From the human T2T-CHM13v2.0 reference genome, Homo sapiens: DNA of 64,000 nt. The notes beneath the pieces were generated by a model, which ran no database searches, was not told where the DNA came from, and worked only from the letters and a program-made list of their open reading frames with translations. The position numbers were made by a program, and so were the translations under genes. The stretch lies in NCBI RefSeq assembly GCF_009914755.1, contig NC_060930.1; one strand, written 5' to 3'. Positions 17,655-37,515 of the stretch are shown here, one piece after another (position 1 is the first letter of the stretch; each line of letters starts with the position of its first letter).

Positions 17655-18292
17655 TAGTTGGCCCGCCATATCTATGGGTTCCACATCCATGGATTCAACC
17701 AACTGGGATCAAAAATATTCCAAACAACAATAAAAACAATAAACAATAAACAACAATAAAACAATAAACAACACAATAAACAAAATAAACAACAATAAAC
17801 AAAACAATAAACAATAAAAAATAACAATAGAACAATTAAAAAAATACAAAATTTAAAAATACAGTATAACATCTATTTACATAACATTTATATATTGTAT
17901 TAGGTATTATAAGTGATCTAGAAATGACTTAAAGTATACAGAAGCCTAGCCTGGGCAACACAGTGAGACTTCCATTTCTACAAAAAATAACATTAGCCAC
18001 GTGTAGTGGTGCATGCTTGTGGTCCCAGCTACTCAGGAGGCTGAGCTGGGAGAATTGCTTAAGTCCCAGAGGTTAAGGCTGCAGTGAGCTGTGATCACAC
18101 CACTGCATTCCAGCCTGGGTGACAAACTGAGAACCCGTCTCAAAAAATAAGTACATACAATAAAAAATAAAGTATACAGGAGGATGTGCATAGATTATAT
18201 GCAAATCTCACACCATTTTATGTAAGAAACTTGAGCATCCTCAGATTTTGGTATCCATGGAGCTTTCCGGAACCAATCCCCTGTGGATACCT
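17655..18292. mobile_element. MER2 (TcMar-Tigger MITE) with internal AACAATAA-type expansion and partial AluJ (+, ~17947-18170)
   Basis: atgggttccacatccatggattcaaccaac...gagcatcctcagattttggtatcc...ggaaccaatcccc; Alu TSD-like taaagtataca. Confidence 0.85.
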
Positions 18293-18379
18293 GTATACAC
18301 ACACACACACAAATACACACATATAAATACACACACACATATACACACACATATATAAATACACACACATACACAGAGT

Positions 18380-18955
18380 GCAATTGCTGGAGTGTCTGGT
18401 AAGCCTTTGTTTAATCTTTAAGAAACTGCCAGACTGTCTTCCAAGTGGCTGCATCATTTTGCATTCCCACCAGCAATGAATGAGAGCTCCTGTTGCTCCA
18501 CAACCTCATCAGCATTTGCTGTTCTTAGTATTTTGGATTTTAGCTCATCTAATAAGTGTATACTGGTATCTTGTTTTAATTTGCAATTTTCTAGTGACAT
18601 ATTGTGTTGAGAATCTTTTCATATGTTCATTTGCCATCTACATATATTCTTTGGGGAGGTTTCCATTCAGCTCTTTTGCCCATATTTTAATCAGGTTGTT
18701 CATTTTCTTATTGCTGAGTTTTAAGAGTTCTTTGTATTTCAGACATACTTCCTTTATCAGATAGGTGTTTTGCACATATTTTCTCATAGTCTGTGGCATG
18801 TGTTTTCATTCTCTTAACAGTGTCTTTGCAGAGCAGAAGTTTTTCATTTTAATGAAGTCCAACTTATCTATCTTTCTTTTCTTTTATGGATTGTGCTTTG
18901 GTGTTGTATCTAAAAACTCACTGCCAAACCAAAGTCACCTAGAGTTTCTCCTATG
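18380..18955 (-). mobile_element. L1M ORF2 3' portion
   Basis: ttttgcattcccaccagcaatgaatgagagctcctgttgctccaca...gcagaagtttttcattttaatgaagtcc. Confidence 0.85.
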
Positions 18956-19451
18956 TGATATGCTTACCTGAATGAAATGTTTGGCTTTTTCATTCTTCTT
19001 CACAGTATAACCCTCTTCTAACTTCATTTCAAAAATGTGTAAGCCATTCATTCTAGTTTTTCCGTATTTTAGCAGCCACATTACTAAATCACTTATTTCT
19101 CAGGTTCCAGTTTTCTTCCCTCTTGGGAAATCATCTCCCTGAGTCAGCAAAGGCCCGTTACTTTTTTAGTTTTCCAGTGTCTCTAGTCTCATGGTTGCGT
19201 TCTCTGACGTTTGGATAGTCATCACTCTCCTCTTTAATCCTCAAAACATTGCCATGGAGTTCTAAAAGGAAGGAGAGCAAATGATATGGAGGTAGTAGTT
19301 GCCGATTTCCTGAACCAACCTCAGGAGATAAATGAGCAAACACTTCCCAAACTTCAATTCCAGCCTGTTTGGCCCAAATTTATATGAAGTGCTCACTTGT
19401 CAATTAATAGCTTCTTCACTGATTTTTCTTGCAGCCTTAGTAAGGAAACTT

Positions 19452-20559
<1,108 letters not shown>

Positions 20560-20649
20560 TAAGCATGCTTCTTATAAAGATAACCCACCAAATCATTCAT
20601 AGTGTTTCTGTCTGACATGTTTAATTTAGATAAGCTGAGGTGAAGAGTG

Positions 20650-21085
20650 AGTATGAGTTTCCTACGGCTGCTATAACAAATTCCTACAAACTGGATGGCC
20701 TGAAACAATAGAAATGCATTCTCTCACAGTTCTGGAGGCCAGAACTCTGAAGTCAAATGTCAGCAGAGTTGTGCTCCTTCTGAAGGCTCTAAGGGAGGAA
20801 GAATTCTTCCTTGCCCTTTCCTAGCTTCTGGTGGTTGCTGGAAATTCTTGGCATTTCGTGGTTTATAGCTGCATCACTCCAATCTCTGTCTGTCTGCACA
20901 TGGCTGTCTTCCCTCTGTGTGTGTGTGTCTTTAAATCTCCTTCTCCTTATAAGAACACCAGTCATTGGATTTAGGGCCCACCCTATTCCAGTGTGACCTC
21001 ACCTTAACTTGATCATGTCTCCAAGGATCCTATTTCCAAATAAAGTCACAGCCACAGGGTTTAGGATTTCAATTCAACACACAAC
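20650..21085 (-). mobile_element. MLT1 solo LTR related to the copy at 6-421
   Basis: Shared segments cagttctggaggc, gctgcatcactcca and cagtcattggatttagggcccacccta. Confidence 0.85.
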
Positions 21086-21969
21086 AGAGCAATGCTATAA
21101 GGCCTATGGCACAAGAATAAAATTCAGAGGAGATATGCTAGAGAGAGAAAAACACAGAATAAAACACGCTTCAGGAAGAACAATTGGAGGTATGCGTGGT
21201 GTGTGGTTATTTCTTTGAAGACAGGCTGCTTCAGTCTGAGAAAGTGCTTCTTGTAAATATACATAGAGAAGCGTAGTGTAAATATGCTTGACTTTAGCCT
21301 TGAAAAGAATAATTAGGAAAACAACAAACCCAAATCATCAATATTAACTAAAGGAAATTGTCAGAGAGAGTAAACATTTAAAGCATAATTGCAGCTGAAC
21401 ACGGTGGGGTGTGAGAGGAGAGGTCTCATAACTGGCCACCAGTCACGCAATAACAGGCAATGCACTGCCCCTACCTTAATTTTTGTTTCATTTTGTTCCT
21501 GTTTCTGTTTTGCTTCATTATTGATTGATCAGACATCTGGTAAACATTTATCATCAATATTATTGATTGGCATTTCCCTCCACCATTTGCTCAAGTCTCC
21601 AAAGTATTGGCTGTGCTATCACGGCACACAAGTTACCTGGGGAGTGCAGTGGAGAGAAAGACCTTGGGTCTGCAGAAGGATATTGTGCCTTCTAAGTATG
21701 ACTGAGAAGGTGAAGCTAAAACCTGCTGGTCTTGCAGTGTCTCAACTCTCTCACAGTGTTGGGGATTATAGTGGGTGGCTTTAAATGTCAAAGATTATTA
21801 ACTAATTATAATAACAATACAATATTTATCATCTTTTGAATTGACAGATTTTTCAAATTCACTTATTAGTTCTGGTAGGGTTTTTTTTTTTTTTTTTGGC
21901 CCCCCTATATCCCATTTCCATCTACACCTTACCTATTATTTTATTGTGAAGACTTCCTAAGCTTCCTTA

Positions 21970-22680
<711 letters not shown>

Positions 22681-23159
22681 CTTATGCAAATAAAAACAAA
22701 CAAACACTATTATATATTCTTATTCCTTCCTTTGTTACACAAAATGTAGCATGTATGTTTTACACACTGACAAATACTGCCAACCTGACCTTAGGGAGGT
22801 GTACACCAAATCACATCTTACCATATTTTGCCAAGTGCCTTTTACTTCAAATCCTCACCAAAATATTTAGTATTATTTTTGAAAAATAAAAATCAAACCC
22901 AGAAGACACAATAGGTACACTTTTCCATTTGTTCAAATCTTCTGTTATGTCACTCAGAAAACTGCACATTTCTTGGGTTAAACTTGTTCCTAGAAATTTA
23001 TCTTTTTGGTTACTATTGTAAGTAAGACTTTTTCTATTAATCTATTGATTCCTAAATATTAATTTTGTAATCAGTCACCTGACTAAAGTCTCTTATTATT
23101 TATAGTATTATTTATAGTAGTTTTCAAATTGGTTCCTTGGGTTTTCCAGTCGAACAACT

Positions 23160-24830
<1,671 letters not shown>

Positions 24831-25776
24831 TCTAAGAGTTATTTTACTCAAATTAGGGGAGAGCAAATTCAGGCTGAAGGCACAGGGGTAAATGGATACT
24901 TCTTTCAAGGGAGATGTTTCAGTGGGGTTTCCTAGGAATCAATGCAAACAATCATATTTACCATTTTTATAAATCTTGGAGAAGGGGTACAAAATTAAGT
25001 GAGTGTAGCGATAACATAAGATGAAGCACAGGGCAAAAGGAGACAGCCCTTGGGGAGGTGTCATGAAGCTGTATCATTGGTCAGAACATTAGAACAGTAT
25101 GAACAAATGTTAGAGAAAAGAGCACCACTACAGTGTGAGAATATGAACACTAAGCTGACACCAATGATAGAGAAAACAGCTCTCAGTCATAATTGATTAT
25201 TCCCATTAGGAATACCTTTAGTGAATTATTGTACATGACCAGGAAGAATACTAGAGAAAAGAAAGGGACAGTTTTAAAGAAAACTTGCAGTTATAACTCA
25301 GGCACACAAAAAAGTGTAACTTTGTTTGTATTCTTTTAACTGATTCCAGCCTTGCTGAGGAGTAACCATTTTTTTCTGTGGCAATAAACACAAATTCTTG
25401 CCAACTAAATGTTACTGTGTCATTCTGGAGTACAAACTGGTCTCTCCAGGTTCCCCAGACTCTTGGCGTGTTTATCCTAGTGTGCCATTTTTTATGGAAA
25501 TAACCACAGACAACGGATTTGCCTGCTCTATCAGCTAGTTTAGACCAAAATGACTGCAAATGTCTCTAATTCCTCTTTGTTAAAGGATGTATTAGACAAA
25601 GGGACTCAAGATTAAAAAAATATGAGACATGAGAGTCTTTCAGCCATTTTAAATATGGACCACTATGAACAGGAAGAGGCTCTTCCATGTTGTCTCTGGC
25701 TCTCTAGCCCCTTTTTAAGTGTTGGAAGGTAGAGATCCAAACACAGAGGGTGAAAGCCTTTGAAACACCAGTGTCA

Positions 25777-26033
25777 GGCTGGGCAAGGTGGCTTGTATCT
25801 GTACTCCTAATGTTTGAGGCCAGGAGCTTGAGACCACCCTGGGCAACATAGGGAGATCCTGTCTCTACAAAAAATACAAACGTTAGCTAAGTGTGGTGGC
25901 ACATGCCTGTAGTCCCCAGCTACTTGAGAGGCTGAGGCTGGAGGATTGCTTGAGCCCAGGAGTTTGAGATTGCAGTGAGCTATAATTGTGCCACCGGACT
26001 CTAGCCTGGGTGACAAAGTGAGACCTTGTCTCC

Positions 26034-26065
<32 letters not shown>

Positions 26066-26080
26066 AGAAAGAAAAGAAAC
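25777..26080 (+). mobile_element. AluJ with internal deletion and long A tail
   Basis: Alu consensus; TSD-like gaaacacca(g/a)tg. Confidence 0.85.
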
Positions 26081-26089
26081 ACCAATGCC

Positions 26090-27605
26090 AAATATTTCTA
26101 AAATTCATATGGAACCAAGAAAGAGCCTGCATAGCCGAAGCAAGACTAAGCAAAAAGAACAAATCTGGAGGCATCATACCACCTGATTTCAAACTATACT
26201 GTAAGGCCATAGTCACCAAAACAGCATGGTACTGGTATTAAAATAGGCATACAGGCCAATGGAACCGAATTGAGAACCTATAAATAAACCCAAATACTTA
26301 CAGCCAACTGATCTTTGACAAAACAAACAAAAATGGGGAAAGGACACCCTTTTCAACAAATGGTGCTGGGATAATTGGCTAGCCACATGTAGGAGAATGA
26401 AACTGGATCCTCATCTCTCACCTTACACAAAAATCAACTCAAGATGGATTAAAGACTTAAATCTAAGACCTGAAACTGTAAAAATTCTAGAAGATAATAG
26501 TGGAAAAACCCCTCTAGACATTGGCTCAGGCAAGGACTGCATGATCAAGAACCCAAAAGCAAATGCAATAAAAACAAATATAAATAGTTCAGACTTAATT
26601 AAACTAAAGAGTTTTGCACGGCAAAAGGAACAGTCAGCAGTGTAAAAAGACAACCCACAGAGCGGGAGAAAACCTTCACAATCTATACATCTGACAAAGG
26701 ACTAATATCCAGAATGTACAACAAGCTCAAACAAATTAACAAGAAAAAAACAAACAAGCCCATCAAAAAGTGGGCTAAGGACATGAATAGACAATTCTCA
26801 AAAGAAGATATACAAATGGCCAATGAACATCTGAAAAAATGCTCAGCATCACTAATGATCAGCGAAATGCAAATCAGAACCACAATGTGATACCATCTTA
26901 CTCCTGCAAGAATGGCCATAATCAAAAAATAAAAAAAAAACAGTAGATGTTGGCATGGATGCAGTGATCAGGGAACACTTCTACACTGCTGATGGGAATG
27001 TAAACTAGTACAGTCACTATGGAAAACAGTGTGGAGATTCCTTAAATAACTAAAAGTAGAGCTACCATTTGATTGAGCAATCCCACTACTGGGTATCTAC
27101 CCAGAGGAAAAGAAGTCATTATATGAAAAAGATACTTGCACGCACATGTTTATAGCAGCACAATTCACAATTGCAAAATTGTGGAACCAACCCAAATGCC
27201 CATCAATCAATGAGTGGATAAAGAAATTGTGGTATATATATGATGGACTACTACTCAGCCATAAAAAGGAATGAATTAACAGCATTTGCAGTGACCTGGA
27301 TGAGACTGGAGACTATTATTCTAAGTGAAGTAACTCAGGAATGGAAAATCAAACATTGTATCTTCTTACTGATATGTGGGAGCTAAGCTATGAGGATGCA
27401 AAGGTATAAGAATGATACAATGGACTGTGGGGACTTGGGGGGAAGAGCGGGAGGGAGGCAAAGGATAAAAGACTACAAATATGGTGCAGTGTATCGTTCT
27501 TGGGTGATGGGTGCACCAAAATCTCACCAATCACCACTAAAGAACTTACTCATGTAATCAAATACCACCTGTACCCCAATAACTTACGGAAAAACTAAAA
27601 ATTTA
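26090..27605 (+). mobile_element. 5'-truncated L1PB (ORF2 C-terminus plus 3' UTR)
   Basis: Peptide [32 protein letters not shown] (L1 ORF2) and PB-type 3' UTR gaaaaagatacttgcac...gataaaagactacaaatatggtgcagtgta. Confidence 0.92.
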
Positions 27606-28909
27606 AAAAATCCATTCTTTTGGCTTATGCTTACATTTTCCTCTATCATCATTGAGAATATATTATCACAATTTCATGTTTTTATTTAATACTTTTTTTC
27701 TGATAAAATGTTGTCATAATTATTTGCTAGATTAGGGCAAAAATGTTTCTGATATAATTATAGTGGCCATGTAAATGTAATAGGATGATGTTCTCTTCTC
27801 AAACCTCCTTAAACCATAACAAATGGGAGAGTCCAGCTATTTTACCTTTCTAATAGTAACTTATACAAAATTCATTATCTTTTGCTCATTTTACAGTGAC
27901 AGGTCACTAAATATTGTGCCAGATAAAGAGGATTAAAAAAAAAGATAGGTTTGTGACCTGGAATACTTACAGTCAGGGAGAGGGACTGGACACAGTCAAT
28001 AAGCACATAATTACAGTTTTATATGTGAAGATATGATAGACACAGCTCTGAAAACATACTTACACAGTGTTATAAAAGCAGAGAAGAGGGCATGTAACCC
28101 AGAACTGGGTATGGGGTGGGGACAGAGGACTCAGGTAATGCATCGTAGAGAAAGTGATGTTGGAATTGAGTTTTGAAGAATACATTGTAGGGCACCAAGT
28201 GAAGAAATGGTGAAAGACATTTTAGGCATAGGACTGAGTTGAGCAATGGCAGAGAGGCATAATAATAAAGCATGATCGTAGAATTTCAGAACATTCAGCA
28301 ACATGCAGCACAGAACATGTGTTGGAAGAGGCACAAGAGGAGGATGGAGAAGTCTTTTTCAATATGTAGCTTTAAATCATTTTTTTTTAAATCAGAAAGC
28401 TTTTGTTGAATTATAGTTTTTAGTATTTGTTATAATCTCTGATTTTTTTTAAACCCTGGGACTCTCATTACATATATGTTGGCTCCTCTTTATTTTCAAG
28501 AGGAGGTATCTTCAATATTGGCTATTTTCTCTCAAATCCTTTTTTATCTTTTTTTTTATTTGCAAATCTTCTTTCTTTTCACCTTAAGGCATCATGTGTT
28601 GTGTTTATTCTACTTGTCTTTCTTTTAATTTGGTTTTCATTTATGAAACGATCTTTTATTTCTAATTATTTTCTGAATTTTGTCACCCATGCTGTTTTTC
28701 TAATTCTGATTTAGGGTTTTTTTCAACCCATGTATTATTTTATTTGAATGTCTTTTAGCTTGTTTTAAAGTAACAAGTTACAGTTTTGATCTATTGTATA
28801 GGCTCATCCTGGCGTGTGTTCATTAGTTGTAGGCATGTTATTCTACATATTATTCCATTTTGATTATAATAATTTTGTATCGGATCGATCTGGATACTTT
28901 CTGTTGCAT

Positions 28910-31560
<2,651 letters not shown>

Positions 31561-32249
31561 AACTATGCTACCATCATCTTCCTAAAATCAGCAATCATGT
31601 TTTTAATTATCAAGAATTATTTCTTGTTCTTTGTTAGTTTCACAATATTATAATTCTTTTTTAAATTAAAAAAAGCTGTATCTTTGAGAATATGAATTAT
31701 TTGTTGTTTCTAACCTATTTCCTGAATTGTCTCTGGTGTCAGATTTTTTTCTTTCTTTTTTTTTTTAATTTTGATTTTCCAGTTGTATGCTATAGACCTT
31801 TCTCAATGTCTGGTGATCTTTGGCTTTCTACTCATATTGTGAAAATAGAAAAGAAGACATCTCACTGAGGACCCTGTACATGGGAGGCCTATATTGCTTT
31901 GGGTAAAGTGCAGGAATCTTACTTTACAATGAAGTTCTCAAATTCCAGAATGAGGAGGGCTTTAGGTGAGGTGCCGACATCACACTAGCTGCCTCCAGAC
32001 TTTGTGTTCTATTCTTTTTAGAAAAATATTCTGTGCTGTCTGTGCTAGGACTTGGGTAGAAGGGGCTGTTATTTCAACTACCCTCCTGTGTTTAGCCTCA
32101 ACATTCACTTCCACTTTCATTACCCACTGAAGAAGTCTCTCTCTCCTCCCTTATCTGATGAAGCTGTCTCTCCCTTGTTCGAAAACATATCTATCCCCTT
32201 TCCTTGTAAGAGGAAGACAATCCTCTCTAACTAAAGACAAATCCCAGTA

Positions 32250-33900
32250 AGCTTTTAGAGATATAAGTTCAAGTCAAACCTAGGAAAAGCTTTACACACA
32301 AAAATAAATATAGGGATATTGCCCATTTATAGCAGAACTGGATTCTGTGTCTGCCCACCAAATGAGGAGGAACATAGTTTTAGTTTGGGACTGAATTTAC
32401 TGATGCGGATGTCCTTATGATTTTGGACTCATTATACTAGCAGCAGGGAATAGTTCTAACAATTTGCTCAGCTGGTTAACCAAAACCCAGAACCACCTGG
32501 TGTTCACTTGACAATGGAACACACTAAGTTGAGGTGCCAGAAGTTTCTTGAAATAATGCAGAAGTACATAGGAAGCTCCTTCCCTTAGCATTTATGAGCC
32601 CGTGGATCCAATGGTGTTCCATAAATGAGTGGCAATTGTGAATGCGATAGGAAATCTGTGACAGTCCTCAATAGGAATTGCAGTGGAGGCCCCTAAAGTA
32701 ATGGAGCAAAGCCGCTGCCTCATAAGCAAGTGATTATTTTCATTTTGGAAAACTGCTCTAGCCTTGCTCTGGGGATCTGGGGGAGTCCAAGTGCTAAGAT
32801 CAAAACTGCCCACTGTGAGTTGTCTCAGCTACCTAGCTATGAAGTTGGGCATTCTATGCAACATTTTAACATGAGCTATAAGAGGTATAAAATACAGAAT
32901 GAGGCTCCAGCCATAGCTGAAGATACAATAAGCTGTCTGAATATAAGTAACACATGCTCCCACCATGCCTAGTCTGGCAGCTTGCCTTAGAGAATAGCAG
33001 AATGCCCTGCTGAAGAGCCAGCTGTGCCTCCAATTGGGACAACACCTCATGAGGTTGGGGCACTGGCATGCAGGATATATTATATGTTCTGAATCATGAA
33101 CCAATGTATGCGTATGTGTGGCTTCTCCTGTAATTAGAATGTACAGGTATGGAAACAATGGGGTGGAAATGGGATAGTACCTTTCATGATTAAGTCTAAT
33201 GTGTTTGTTACTCATCAAATTATTGCTTCTCCTCTCCATGACTTGGGGCTCTGCTGACTTGGCATTTGGGGATCCAAGAGATAACTGCTTCTATAAGAAG
33301 ACAAAACAATGTTTCCACTGCTGGTCATTTTGGGCTCTTATACCACAGGCAAAAAAAAAAATAAAGAAGGTCATGATGTTGACTGGGATGACTGGTCCTG
33401 AATAATCTTGATCATCATGGGAAAGAAGGCTGCTGCTTCAAAGTGGGGATGTGGAAATCTTTTAAAAATTTTGATATAGAGTCTCACTCTCTCACCCAGG
33501 CTGGAGTGCAGTGGCACTATCATGGCTCACTATAGCCTTGACCTCGGGATAGGAAAATCTTAATAGAACTCAGGTCTGCTATTCTGGAGCAGGTCTTAAA
33601 CAACCATATCCAACGGAAAAAGTTAATGGAAGACTGCTATATCCCTGAAGACAGATTTACCAAGGAAGTAATTCTTATGAGGTGAGTTTGGTAAGAAACT
33701 CCAACTTACTGAGTTCTTTTGTGAAGGCAAAGGGAACATGACACAAATTACAGAGAGGAAAATTTATACATGTCAACCACAGCCCCATAAGCAATTACAG
33801 AATAGGGACTGTCACCTCTACCCATATTTCTTTCCTCGTTGGGTATATATTTATACATTTTAATGAATTTTAAAATTCCTCATCCCCACTTGTACCATTT
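32250..33900 (+). mobile_element. Highly decayed ERVL-class internal sequence (HERV16/ERV3-16-like)
   Basis: Resembles, by eye only, ERVL internal segments (gaggaacatagttttag..gaattta; gactgggatgactggtcctga..gctgctgcttcaaagtggg); no intact ORF. Confidence 0.4.
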
Positions 33901-33979
33901 ATATTTGGTGTGCAAAAGTGGTTAATTATACAATTTCTTTTTTTCTTTTTAAAAATATCAGGTTTACTGAGGCCTAATT

Positions 33980-35828
<1,849 letters not shown>

Positions 35829-35849
35829 TTATAAATTTAAAAACACACT

Positions 35850-37466
35850 TCTAAAAATGTCAATACTCCCCAGATTGATATATAAGTTAAATAAAATTTC
35901 TACTAAAATCTCAGCAAGGTTTTATGTAGAATACACAAAATTAGTCCCCAAATTTATGTGAAAAGACAAATAGAATAGCCAAAATAATTTGGAAAAAAGA
36001 ATAAAGTGGGGGAACCAGTCTTCCCAATTTCAAGATTTTTATAGAGCTACACTAATCATGACTGTGTGGTATTGGCAGAGGGAGAGATACAGATCAATAT
36101 AACAGGATAGAGAACTCAGAAATAGACCTACACAAAAATGTCTAACTGATTTTTGACAAAGGTGCAAAAGCAATTCAATGACGAAAAGATAGCCTTTTCA
36201 ACATACGGCACTGGAGTAATTGAAGATCCATATGCAAAACAAACAAACAAAAACACATGAACTTTGAAGTAAGTCTCATACTTTCTACAAATATTAACTC
36301 AAAATAGATCACAGACTTAAGTGTAAAGAACAAGACTATAAAACTTTTAGGAAAAAAAATAGGAGAAAATATTTGAGACCTAGCACTAGCAACAATTTCT
36401 TAGACTTGACACCAAAACATAATTCATAAAAGGAGAGATTGATAAATTGGACTCTATAAAAAATTAAAAAACTGTTGCTTTCTCAGAAACCCTGTTGACA
36501 AGATAAAAAGAAAGGCTAAAAACTGAAGAAAACCACATATCCAACAAAGGATTAGTATCCAGAATATACTCTCAAAAGAACCCTCAAAACTCAACAGTAA
36601 AAAATAATCCAATTAGATGCCAAATGAGCACATATAAAGATGTTTAATATCATTAGCCATTAGGGAAATGCAAATTAAAGCCACAATAAAATATTAGCAT
36701 ATACTCTCTCTAGTTAAAATAAAAAATTTTGACAACATCAAATGCTGGCAAGTATGCAGAGAAACCAAATCATTCATATATTGCTGGTGGGAATGTAAAA
36801 TAGTAGAGCTGAATTGAAAAACAGATTGGCAGTTTCTTAAAAAAAAACAAACTAAATGAAGTATGACTCAACAATTACACTTCTAGGCATCTATCTCAGA
36901 GAAAGAAAGACTTATATTCATATAATAACCTGTATATGAATATTCACAGCAGCTTTATCCATAAATCCTTAAACTAGAAACAACTCAGATGTTCTTCAGT
37001 GGGTGAATAAAGAGTGGTACATCCATATTATGGATTATTCCTTAGCAATAATAACAAATTATTGATAAAGGCAATGATCTGGATAAACCCCCAGGGAATC
37101 ATGCTGAGTGAAAAAAATCCCAAAAGGCTATATACTGCATGGTTCCATTTATACAATTCTTGAGATAACAAAATTATAGAAATAGAGAACAGATTAGTGG
37201 TTGCCAGGGCCTAAGACAGTAATAGGAAGGAAATGCACGTGGCTGTAAAAGAACAACACAAGAGATCCTTGTGGTGATGGAATTGTTCTGTATCTTGACT
37301 GTATTAATGTCAATATGATTGGAACTGCATTCAGAATGGTGGAGTAAAAATCGCCAAAAATTGATTTCTTCAGAAAAGCAATGAGAGCACTGGCAAAAAA
37401 TTGTTAAAATCAACATTTTTAGAACTCTGAAAATTAACCAAAGGCTCACAAAAGTCTGAGGAGCAT

Positions 37467-37515
<49 letters not shown>

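Noticed and set aside
26397-27285. L1 ORF2-like peptides as an active reverse transcriptase
   Set aside because: 5'-truncated L1PB broken by stops and frameshifts.
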